From Octopus sinensis (lineage: Eukaryota), in the NCBI RefSeq assembly GCF_006345805.1, contig NC_042998.1:132990001-133054000 (forward strand): DNA of 64,000 bases, written 5' to 3'. Shown here in pieces: positions 53,109-64,000 of this stretch. Each line of letters begins with the position of its first letter. Position 1 is the first letter of the stretch. A program made the translations under genes and the position numbers. The notes below the pieces were generated by a model. That model worked only from the letters and a program-made list of their open reading frames with translations. It did not search any database and was not told the origin of the DNA.

Positions 53109-54974
53109 TTATTTTTATCACGTGCTGTCTTCCTGTGCTTTACAGAGCGCATTTCTGTGCGCCTTGTGAATGTGCTGTGGGTTGTTGTGATGCTCTTAAT
53201 TTTTACTGTTTTGAAAGTATTTTACGTAGGTGCCTACTAGTGCTAATTTCTGGATGTTATATATACTTGTTAGTTCTAGTGTTTTTGTTATGCATTTGTC
53301 TGAATATTTTAAAATCATAACTAATGCGTCTACTATGATAGGATACGATAGGAATTGTTCCTGTTTTTAGACTCCACATTCCAGTTATCTCTATTTCCAG
53401 ATCTTTGTATTTTGAAAGTTTCTTCGTTTTTTTAGAGAAACATTGTCATCTGTTGGTATTGATACATCGATTAGAAGGCATTTTTTTCTTGGTGATCTCT
53501 GACAACTATATCCGGCCTATTGGCCTTAATTTATCTATCTGAGTGTATTGGCATATCCCAGAATATGGTTGCTTTCTAGTTTTCTGTGACATTTACTGAC
53601 GTGTGCCCTTACCATCTTTTTTCCGTTGTTATTCCATATTGTTGGCATGGATTCCAGTGTATATAGGTGCCAACCCTATCGTGTCTCTGAATATATTCCT
53701 TCTTAGGCAGAGACAATATGATTTACTACTTCTTCTCCATTTCCACATATTCTGCGGTTACTTGTATCGCCTTTCATTACACGTTGTTGGTAATTTCTGG
53801 TGGGAAGGCTTTGGTCTTGTGCTGCAATTAAAAGTCCTTCAGTCTCCGCTTTGAGTTCTGAGCTTCTCAGCCACTGTTGGGATTTTGCTTTGTCAATTTC
53901 TTTTCTGTTTACTTTAACCCAGTATTTGCCATGAAGATGCTTTTCTTGTCATCATGATCCCTTGCTGTTCCAGTTTTAGTTTGGATTTCAGTTGTTTTAC
54001 AGCTTTTATTGTTTCTTCTTTTTCTTCGTAGTTGCAAGGTGCTATCACTTCTTTTTTGTGTTTGTCAGCTTCCTTAAAGATTGAAAACAGTTTTTTGTTT
54101 TATTTGTGTTTTGTGGCTATTTGTATTAGTTTTCCTTGCTTCTGAAATAGGTGTTTCTGTAGTCCTATGGGGGTTATTTTGTAATAGTTTTCTAGCTGTA
54201 TAAGGCCCCTACAACCTTCGAAACGTTGTATATATAACCTTTCTATGTCAGATTTTGGGTGGTGCATCATAAATCGTGTCATTATTTTTCTTGCTTTCCT
54301 GTCTATTTTGATCAATTCATTTAGAGTCCAGTTAAGACTATTGTAGCTGTAACTCATAACTGTGACAGCTAGAGTGTTACTACTTATTATCTTGTATTTC
54401 GCATTGAGCTCTGTTTTCAGTATTAATCTAACTTGTCTATAGTATTATTTTATCTTCTCTTTCATTTATGTGTGTTGTATCGTATCTAATTCATTGATTC
54501 CTAAATATTTGTATGTCTGGCTTTGGTTTAATTCCCTTATTTCATTTGCCTTACCTAGTGTGATGTTACTACTCTTAACTAGTTTTCCTCTTTTCAAGGT
54601 TGCCTTTGCACATTTATCTAAACCAAATTTCATGTTTATTTCTTTGGTAAATCCATGTACTGACAGTAGTAATGTTTCCAATTGTAGTGTACAGATTTAG
54701 AACATAAGAGGTGGCTGATTGCTTTGTCCTAACATTTGTATCCACATCCAGTTTTGTTTAGTATGTCAGATAAAGGTGTCTGTGCCAAGCAGAAAAGAAG
54801 TGGAGAGAGCGTGTCTCCCTGGAATATTCCTCTTCTAGTGGGGATGGCTTTGATTTTTATGAGTCCCACTTTTGTCTGGAGATGTAGCACTGTCTGCCAT
54901 TTATTCATTGAATGTTTTATATATTTCATGAGTATTGGTGCTACCTTGTTCTTGGCTAGAGTTTCTAGGATCAT
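53107..54974 (-). mobile_element. 5'-truncated R4/Dong-like RLE non-LTR retrotransposon no. 1, flanked by (TAA)n
   Basis: RT motifs RGIFQGDTLSPLLFCLA, MKFGLDKCA, YKYLGI and HHPKSDIERLY; RLE motif TIFWDMPIH...NRPDIVVRD; C-terminus NIQKLAL...LRKILS; (ATT)n at 53051-53106 and 54975-55105. Confidence 0.88.
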
Positions 54975-55029
54975 ATTATTATTGTTGTTGTTGTTATTAC
55001 TATTATTTTCATCATCATCATCATTATTG

Positions 55030-55090
<61 letters not shown>

Positions 55091-55105
55091 CATTGTTATT
55101 ATTAT

Positions 55106-56181
55106 TTTTATCAGAAAAAGTCTGTAAAAACACGAATGATGTATATAACTATCGAAAATATAGCGCTTATATCACTTCTCCATTTTCCACATATTTTGGT
55201 TCTCTTCATAACGCACTGATGGTTTTTAGAAGATATGCGTTTATTTGTCTTTGATTTCTGATGATTTCCTAAGAAGTATTCTCTTTCACATTTGTGTTTA
55301 TCTCTCAAGTCACAAAGCCAGAGGGCTTGCTGGGAAGTTTATTTCACTTGTTCCATCGACTTTATACAACGAAATAGATAAACCCACACCCAATAAATCT
55401 TTTCTTTAGAACTGTCTGTTTCTTTTTGTTTTTCTCCTGATCATAAGCTGTATGTATGCATGTAAGAATACAGGCATGTTCTGTATATATATCCTTCTGT
55501 TTTTAATTATCTCAATTTTTCCTCTGCGGAAGGAGTTGGCTTCTAACAAAGTTACAAAGATGCCTCATTGGAATGCAGAGAGCGAAAACAATGCCACATT
55601 TTAAGCCTGACATATTTTTATTTCCTATTTACAGATTGTATTCGTAATGTATGAGTTGGTAGATATCTTTTTCTGCAAATCCAAGCTTGTCCTGACTGTC
55701 AGTTAGGCTTTACTCACAAAATTAAGTGCACCAGTTATAAATTTATAATCTGTATATAGAAGCTGGAGGTTTCGAAGCAGTTGTCTATGGTTATCCTCTT
55801 TCTCGCTGAATTTGAAAGAGGTATTCACATCAGCAGAGCAGCTGACCTCAATGACAGTACATACTTTTCCTCTTATGTCCGAAACAATAATATCCGGTCT
55901 TTTATGCATACCCTTGACAGATCTTTTGGTGGGAATGTTCTAACATTATTTGTGTTGATGTTTGCGTACGTATTCAATAACAGTGGGGTTCTGTATATGT
56001 TTCCTAGGACAGTTTTTCCCCGGATGATATTGTATATTGTTTTCGCGACAACATCGTGTCGCATAAGGAAGTAATACCTTGATGAAATTTTGGGCTGCTG
56101 CAATTCCTATGTGTGATATTTTCCACAGAAATATAACATAATTTAAATTTTCAGTTGCATCTTGAATCTCTAAGGGTTTTA

Positions 56182-56260
<79 letters not shown>

Positions 56261-56490
56261 TTATCGGGTATTTAATTGGAATCTCTTGTTCTTTGATTGC
56301 AAATGCATAACCTTCAAAGTGTGATGTGGTTTTGGGGTCAGGAATGCAGGAGAGGCTTCGCTTCATATCTATGGAGTGGATTTCTTCTACAGACCAGTAA
56401 AGTATTCCGAATGTTGGAATAGGCACTGGCACAGCAAATGCATTGTGGGATAGTCTTGTAAAGGGCGCGTTCAGGATGCAATATTCTTTT
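55106..56490 (-). mobile_element. R4/Dong-like RLE retrotransposon no. 2 (3' part, different subfamily)
   Basis: EGYAFAIKEQEI, MRHDVVAK, and HKRPDIIVSD...VIEVSCSADVN...LLRNLQLLY; ~500-bp 3' UTR ending TGATAAAAAT-(AAT)n; (CT)n inserted at 56184-56257. Confidence 0.8.
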
Positions 56491-56617
56491 AAGTTTATGT
56501 ATGAGCGTAGTGATGCGTGTATGGGTATATATGAATATATGTGTGTTCGTATGTATATGTATACGCATGTGTGAATATGTGTATATATATATATATGTGA
56601 ATATGTATATATATATA

Positions 56618-56669
<52 letters not shown>

Positions 56670-56799
56670 TACATACATACATACATACATGTGTGTGCGT
56701 GCGTACATGTATGTGTGTGCATATGTGTGCATATTACTTTCCCCATGCCTTTTGGAGTAATTTCCCTTTACTTAAAGGTTTTTTCATAGCGTTTTGTCT

Positions 56800-56862
56800 T
56801 AATAACTGATGAGATGCCGGAGCAGTTTTCGGCCTCGGTATCCGAAACTCTGAGTTTTATTA
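56800..56862 (+). ncRNA. Type I hammerhead ribozyme motif (solo)
   Basis: taataa-CTGATGA-gatgccg[16 nt]cggtatc(c)-GAAACTC-T-GAGTT-ttatta: 6-bp stem I, 7-bp stem II, quasi-palindromic stem III. Confidence 0.7.
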
Positions 56863-56889
56863 TTAACACCAACTAATTGACACACACAC

Positions 56890-57058
56890 ACAAAAATGAA
56901 AGACGAAGACAGGTGGTATAAACAACAAACCGGTGTATTAGTATAACGCACGGGAAGTGAAAAAGTCTTTAACGTTTCGAGCCTACGCTCTTCCACAGAA
57001 ATGAACACAGAAAGAAACAAGAAGAGAAAATAAAGAATGTGTAGTGGCTAGCGATCTA
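56890..57058 (-). mobile_element. PLE terminal repeat fragment (same family as 16280-16440)
   Basis: High similarity to 16280-16440, including the GACG/AACG-TTTCGAGCCTACGCTCTT motif. Confidence 0.7.
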
Positions 57059-57389
57059 TATATATATATATATATACACGCACACACACACACACACACA
57101 TACACACACACATATATATATATATATACGCATTTCAATAATTGAAATACGGTAGATGTGGTACATATATGGTACACATTATATCGCTCGCTATCAGATA
57201 GTTACCTTAATTTTTGACATAAGTGGATGCAATTCTACACACCGTTTAACATCAGCGCAAGCAAACACATGAACATATATGAGCACATATACACACACAC
57301 ACACTTACGCGCCCGCGCACGCACATTGTATGCGTATTTACATTTGAAGAGTTTTATGCATATAGGCAGAGTGTTAACATGTACGTTTT

Positions 57390-57496
57390 GTATGTAAGAT
57401 TTAGTAATTGTCGTCATCATCTTCATCATCCTCGTCATCACCATTATCGCCGTCGATGTGAACACCTTATTCATACTCATCCTACTCATTATTCTC

Positions 57497-57542
<46 letters not shown>

Positions 57543-57842
57543 ACAACAACAACATCATTCTCTGTGTCCCTTCGTCCTCATTGTGCTCCTCCACATCACC
57601 ACAAATAATATCACCACATCCGCCACCGCCGCCGTTGCTGCTGCAACTGATACCGCCGCCGCTACCACCACCACCACCACCACCACCACCACCACCACCA
57701 CCACCGCCACTGCCACCATAGTCATTATAATCATTATTATCAAGTGATGTCAATGATTTTTTCAAATATAAGACAGGCATTATTAAAATAAAATACGTTG
57801 TTAACGATGATCAAAACTGATAGTGATGATAAAGGTGATAAC

Positions 57843-57875
<33 letters not shown>

Positions 57876-58200
57876 GATGATAGGATTTGGTGATGGTGTT
57901 GGTGTTGGTGGTGGTGGTGGTGGTGGTGGTGGAGGAGTAGGAGGTGGTGATGCTGGTGATGGTGATGTGGTGGTGCAGGTGGTGGCAGCAATGGTTATGA
58001 TGGTTGGTGAGGAGAATGATAATAATGGATGAGGCTGATGATGCAGATGCCGAAGAAGCTGACGACACCAACGACGACGACGACGACGACGACAATAATG
58101 TCCATGATGTTGATCACGATGATGATGATGATGATGATGACGATGAAGACGGCGACGATGGCAGTGATGATAATGATGATATGCAGTGCATATGGAAGCA
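57390..58200. repeat. Composite trinucleotide field: (CAT/CAC)n then (GAT/GGT)n
   Basis: Directly visible; source of the poly-His, Pro, Gly, Met and Asp ORFs. Confidence 0.9.
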
Positions 58201-58546
58201 ATCATCTTGCTTGGCTATTCATCCCCGATCCGGCCACTTCCCTCCATCTCCGAATGATTCTTCCACTATCAGAGAATGACAGGATTCTCATCTAAAGGCA
58301 ATATGCTCGGTTTACAATGGTGTAAGACATCAAAAGGAGAAACAGACGCTACGTACAAATAAATGAAATATCCTTTTCTCGTTCTTTTAAAAAAAATTTT
58401 ATACGTTCCTTTTCTATGTATGTGTGTGTGCATGTGTGAGTGTGTGTGAGTGTGCGTGTGTGTGCGTGTGTATGTATAGACAGATTGACGGATGAGCAGA
58501 CATACACCACAACGATTTGCACATACATATATAAATATATGTGTGC

Positions 58547-58587
<41 letters not shown>

Positions 58588-58640
58588 ATATATATATTAT
58601 AATATATATATATATATATAATATATATATATATACATAC

Positions 58641-58760
<120 letters not shown>

Positions 58761-58762
58761 TA

Positions 58763-61335
58763 TAAGCAATAAGGGTTTAGCAACGAGTTGCCTTACCACA
58801 TACCGAATTTAGAAATAGCAGTCAAAGGGTTATAGCTATTTCTTCTACTAAAAAGGGAGATCTCAGTAAAAACAGCATTTGGAAGGCAGACACAAACAGG
58901 TAAGAGAGAATGAATTAACTGCAATCTATCATACATTTTTTTAGTTATCCACGGACGTACTTTTCGAAATCAAATTTTAAGGAAAGCATAAGAACTAGAT
59001 ATTAAATATTAAATAATAAATAATTCTATCTTACCGAAACTTCTTTTCTCTTCAGCGTAGAATACTATAATCATAAATGATTATATATTGAATTTTGAGA
59101 TACCAGAAGGCACCAACTCCACTCAGTATCAGAGCGAGCTAGAATCCGCAACTGGTATCACCGAATTCAATTTGTGAATGAAACGATTGTGTCAACAGCC
59201 CCTTCCCACCCGCGTGTAGCCAAAACAAGATGCTGTGGTCATCTACTGAGATAAAATATGGTTATCCGTAATAATGAAGGGTGAAATTAATTAATTGGAA
59301 AAATTATCAATTACACCAAGTAGTCTTCGGCATGTAAAAGCCTCATTCGAGGAAAATTTAAGTAATACTAAGCAATAAGGGTTTAGCAACGAGTTGCCTT
59401 ACCACATACCGAATTTAGAAATAGCAGTCAAAGGGTTATAGCTATTTCTTCTACTAAAAAGGAGATCTCAGTAGAAACAGCATTTGGAAGGCAGACACAA
59501 ACAGGCAAGAGAGAATGAATTAACTGCAATCTATCATACATTTTTTTAGTTATCCACGGACGTACGTTTCGAAATCAAGTTTTAAGGAAAGCATAAGAAC
59601 TAGATATTAATATTAAAATAATAAATAATTCTATCTTACCGAAACTTCTTTTCTCTTCAGCGTAGAATACTATAATCATAAATGATTATATATTGAATTT
59701 TGAGATACCAGAAGGCACCAACTCCACTCAGTATCAGAGCGAGCTAGAATCCGCAACTGGTATCACCGAATTCAATTTGTGAATGAAACGATTGTGTCAA
59801 CAGCCCCTTCCCACCCGCGTGTAGCCAAAACAAGATGCTGTGGTCATCTACTGAGATAAAATATGGTTATCCGTAATAATGAAGGGTGAAATTAATTAAT
59901 TTGGAAAAATTATCAATTACACAAGTAGTCTTCGGCATGTAAAAGCCTCATTCGAGGAAAATTTAAGTAATACTAAGCAATAAGGGTTTAGCAACGAGTT
60001 GCCTTACCACATACCGAATTTAGAAATAGCAGTCAAAGGGTTATAGCTATTTCTTCTACTAAAAAGGGAGATCTCAGTAAAAACAGCATTTGGAAGGCAG
60101 ACACAAACAGGTAAGAGAGAATGAATTAACTGCAATCTATCATACATTTTTTTAGTTATCCACGGACGTACGTTTCGAAATCAAGTTTTAAGGAAAGCAT
60201 AAGAACTAGATATTAAATATTAAATAATAAATAATTCTATCTTACCGAAACTTCTTTTCTCTTCAGCGTAGAATACTATATCATAAATGATTATATATTG
60301 AATTTTGAGATACCAGAAGGCACCAACTCCACTCAGTATCAGAGCGAGCTAGAATCCGCAACTGGTATCACCGAATTCAATTTGTGAATGAAACGATTGT
60401 GTCAACAGCCCCTTCCCACCCGCGTGTAGCCAAAACAAGATGCTGTGGTCATCTACTGAGATAAAATATGGTTATCCGTAATAATGAAGGGTGAAATTAA
60501 TTAATTTGGAAAAATTATCAATTACACCAAGTAGTCTTCGGCATGTAAAAGCCTCATTCGAGGAAAATTAAGTAATACTAAGCAATAAGGGTTTAGCAAC
60601 GAGTTGCCTTACCACATACCGAATTAGAAATAGCAGTCAAAGGGTTATAGCTATTTCTTCTACTAAAAAGGGAGATCTCAGTAAAAACAGCATTTGGAAG
60701 GCAGACACAACAGGTAAGAGAGAATGAATTAACTGCAATCTATCATACATTTTTTTAGTTATCCACGGACGTACGTTTCGAAATCAAGTTTTAAGGAAAG
60801 CATAAGAACTAGATATTAAATATTAAATAATAAATAATTCTATCTTACCGAAACTTCTTTTCTCTTCAGCGTAGAATACTATAATCATAAATGATTATAT
60901 ATTGAATTTTGAGATACCAGAAGGCACCAACTCCACTCAGTATCAGAGCGAGCTAGCTAGAATCCGCAACTGGTATCACCGAATTCAATTTGTGAATGAA
61001 ACGATTGTGTCAACAGCCCCTTCCCACCCGCGTGTAGCCAAAACAAGATGCTGTGGTCATCTACTGAGATAAAATATGGTTATCCGTAATAATGAAGGGT
61101 GAAATTAATTAATTGGAAAAATTATCAATTACACCAAGTAGTCTTCGGCATGTAAAAGCCTCATTCGAGGAAAATTTAAGTAATACTAAGCAATAAGGGT
61201 TTAGCAACGAGTTGCCTTACCACATACCGAATTTAGAAATAGCAGTCAAAGGGTTATAGCTATTTCTTCTACTAAAAAGGGAGATCTCAGTAAAAACAGC
61301 ATTTGGAAGGCAGACACAAACAGGTAAGAGAGAAT
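58763..61335 (-). repeat. Head-to-tail array of a ~605-bp unit (~4.25 copies); each full unit carries a minus-strand hammerhead motif
   Basis: Units start TAAGCAATAAGGGTTTAGC at 58763, 59369, 59974, 60579 and 61187 (partial) and are nearly identical; hammerhead motifs at 58955-59058 (mutated), 59560-59663, 60166-60269 and 60769-60872. Confidence 0.9.
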
Positions 61336-61408
61336 CGAAGACTACTTGGTGTAATTGATAATTTTTCCAAATTAATTAATTCACCCTTCATTATTACGGA
61401 TAACCATA
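61336..61408. repeat. Inverted 73-bp copy of the array unit's distal end
   Basis: CGAAGACTACTTGGTGTAATTG...GGATAACCATA is the reverse complement of ~61076-61147. Confidence 0.9.
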
Positions 61409-61416
61409 TATATATA

Positions 61417-61466
<50 letters not shown>

Positions 61467-61469
61467 GAA

Positions 61470-62530
61470 AAAGCTGTAGATTTGTATTATATGGTTAAAA
61501 AATATAGTAAAATCGTCATTTTAGGAAAATGTAAAAATCTTTTGTATAGTAACATTGTTTTGGGTTTCGCATTTTCTTTTCAAATTTCTTTACCGTTGTT
61601 GTGTCATCTATTCGCTATAATGTAATGTAGGAGAGTTCGAAACAGGGGAGGTAATCAGGGATTCTTATCGGTATAAGAGAAAAAATCACAAATGTTGGGA
61701 ATGATTAGGCTTTGTTAATTTAACATGGTTTCGTTTTGAGAGAATAAGATGTTAGAAACGATTAAGATTTAGTTTATATTTTTCAGTGAATAGGTTTCCT
61801 TATTTAATCTAATTTATATTGGTATTCCAATGGCGCATTGATAAAATGGAACGATTACAAATTGTGGTAGCATTAGTTTTCAGCACCTGTCAATGTGTTC
61901 ACTAAAGGGGGTCATTCTATATTCTGGGAATGCAAGGTGCAGAGTGCATCTGCATCTAAGGGATAATCCCGTGGACCCTATGAAGTTTTAGTGGCAGCCT
62001 GAGCATCTTATTACAGAAATTAGGTTTTCCGAAGCACAAGTAAAGTCAGATTTGGATTTAAATTTTTGTCCCTCTTTTAAAAGGAATTTTGATGCTTCTA
62101 GAAGTTTTGGGCATGTTGCGCGGTTTGGTCGACCACATTTTTACACTTTTGCGTCCGTTATTTTAGAAAATAATCTTGCCTTTGTAAGGATCTTTTTCAG
62201 TGACTTCGGTTGTTTGTGGCTTTTAATGATATTACGTGTGTGTAAAATTTCCATTAGTTTGGGGTCCTTATGTAGATTTTGGGCAATGATGGTGAAGACA
62301 TCTTTGTTTCTGGGATTGTATGTGGATATGTACAGCAGTTTTTTCGGGAAAGGTGTGTTGCTGTATTGAACTTTTCTAAAGGTTTTATGTCGACTTGTGT
62401 TGCACGTCTGATTCCATCCTCTTTACGTTGAAGTGGGTAGTGTCTGTCAATGAGGGTGTATGTATAAAATAAGTATAAAACAATGTTCAACAGCTCTTTT
62501 TTATTTGTTTGTTCCGACATGTGAACGTTT
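61470..62530 (-). mobile_element. PLE 3' part (RT C-terminus + GIY-YIG), degenerate
   Basis: Minus frames read YTLIDRHYPLQRKEDGIRRATQVD and KSDFTCASENLISVIRCSGCH*NFIGSTGLSLRCRCTLH. Confidence 0.8.
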
Positions 62531-62918
62531 TTGGGGACACTTGATATAAACGAGGATAGCTATATACGCATAAGCACATACAGATATATACTCATATACA
62601 CCGGTGTCTATATATAAATGTGTGTGTATGTTTGTGTGCATTATACGCATAATATGTATATATATATATATATATATTAATATATATATATATACACGGT
62701 ATTCTGTTTTCTCTTGGGGCTGCTACATGGCAGTCAGAGAGAGACGGGAAGAGGGAGAGAAAGGGAAAGAGTCTATATGCTTAAGGGGAGAGAATCAATT
62801 TTTCTAGTTTTAAGTGTATTTACTTTTCATTTTCTTTTCCTCTTCTTTTTATGCATACACACGCAAACATATATACATACATACATACATACACACATAC
62901 CTATATGTATCTACTTAC

Positions 62919-62955
<37 letters not shown>

Positions 62956-62976
62956 CATATATACACACGCATACAT

Positions 62977-63017
<41 letters not shown>

Positions 63018-63186
63018 CATATATGTATAATACATACATGCACAATAACATACGGGTGATATGGGAGATGATAGTTTTGATATAAACATAAATAAGCATT
63101 GGGAGATAAATACCTATAACATATCTGTAGAACATGCCCCTAGGAACATAAAACCACGTTTGTATGTATGTATACTATATATATAC

Positions 63187-63345
<159 letters not shown>

Positions 63346-64000
63346 CATTACATCCAGACGCCTGAGTCGCCAAAAACCTCGAACGTCGTCAAGTGTACCA
63401 ACTTGCCATAAGTAAATAAATTGTTCTCTATTTAGTCTTTGAATGAATATGTATGTCAACCGTTTGTTACGCGTGCATGTTTTTGTTCTCTTTTACTCTA
63501 CTTTCGCTTACGCGCGCAGGGCATTTAATCATTCGTCTTTGTGTGTTTGTCTGTGTGTTTGCAAAATGACTGAAAAACGGCTGAAGAGATTTTCACAAAA
63601 TTTGTCAGAAATACTCGTTGGCTGAGTGGCTCAAAATGATGAAAATTTGGTTTGATTATTTTCAAGAATACATAAATACATACATAGATATGCGACTCTG
63701 TGTGTGAGTGTGTGTGTGTCTGTGTGTGTGTTTGTGTGTATACAGTGATGGATTAGAGGGCTTTATTTATTCACGAGTCGATTTATTAATTTCACCGGAG
63801 TATAAATACCTATATTGGTGATAATTAAAAAAAAAAAAAATTTTAATCGAACTTACAATTTTCCGAAAGTAGTCATATTATTTATATCCTGTAACAGACT
63901 ATTGTTTTTTTGTTTGCTTTTATTTTATTTATTTATTTATTTTTTTGCATTGTCGACATTTGCTATGCGTATATGTATGTTTCTGCATATGTCACTGAAC

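Noticed and set aside
58763-61335. Array as CRISPR, rDNA/5S or snRNA cluster
   Set aside because: Units are fully identical with no variable spacers, and no rRNA, tRNA or snRNA sequence is recognisable.

Overview
AT-rich, microsatellite-saturated eukaryotic non-coding DNA. The SINE types and repeat landscape look like an octopus genome; this is inferred from recognition of repeat types, not from a search. I found no convincing host exon. Almost every listed ORF is either a microsatellite translation or a transposon fossil. Identifiable elements: several tRNA-derived SINE families; mariner, Tc1 and hAT remnants; an RTE-clade LINE ending in three C2H2 fingers; two R4/Dong-like RLE retrotransposons stacked in (TAA)n tracts; and at least five Penelope-like element (PLE) remnants with RT and/or GIY-YIG motifs. 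The most interesting signal is at RNA level. A ~605-bp head-to-tail array (58763-61335, ~4.25 copies) carries a type I hammerhead ribozyme core on the minus strand of each full unit, intact in 3 of 4, with a palindromic stem III that would need dimerisation. This is a retrozyme-like or pseudo-LTR (pLTR) array architecture. Other hammerhead motifs, some canonical and some decayed, lie at PLE ends across the window, along with many fold-back hairpins made from the same terminal sequences. All folds were done by eye.
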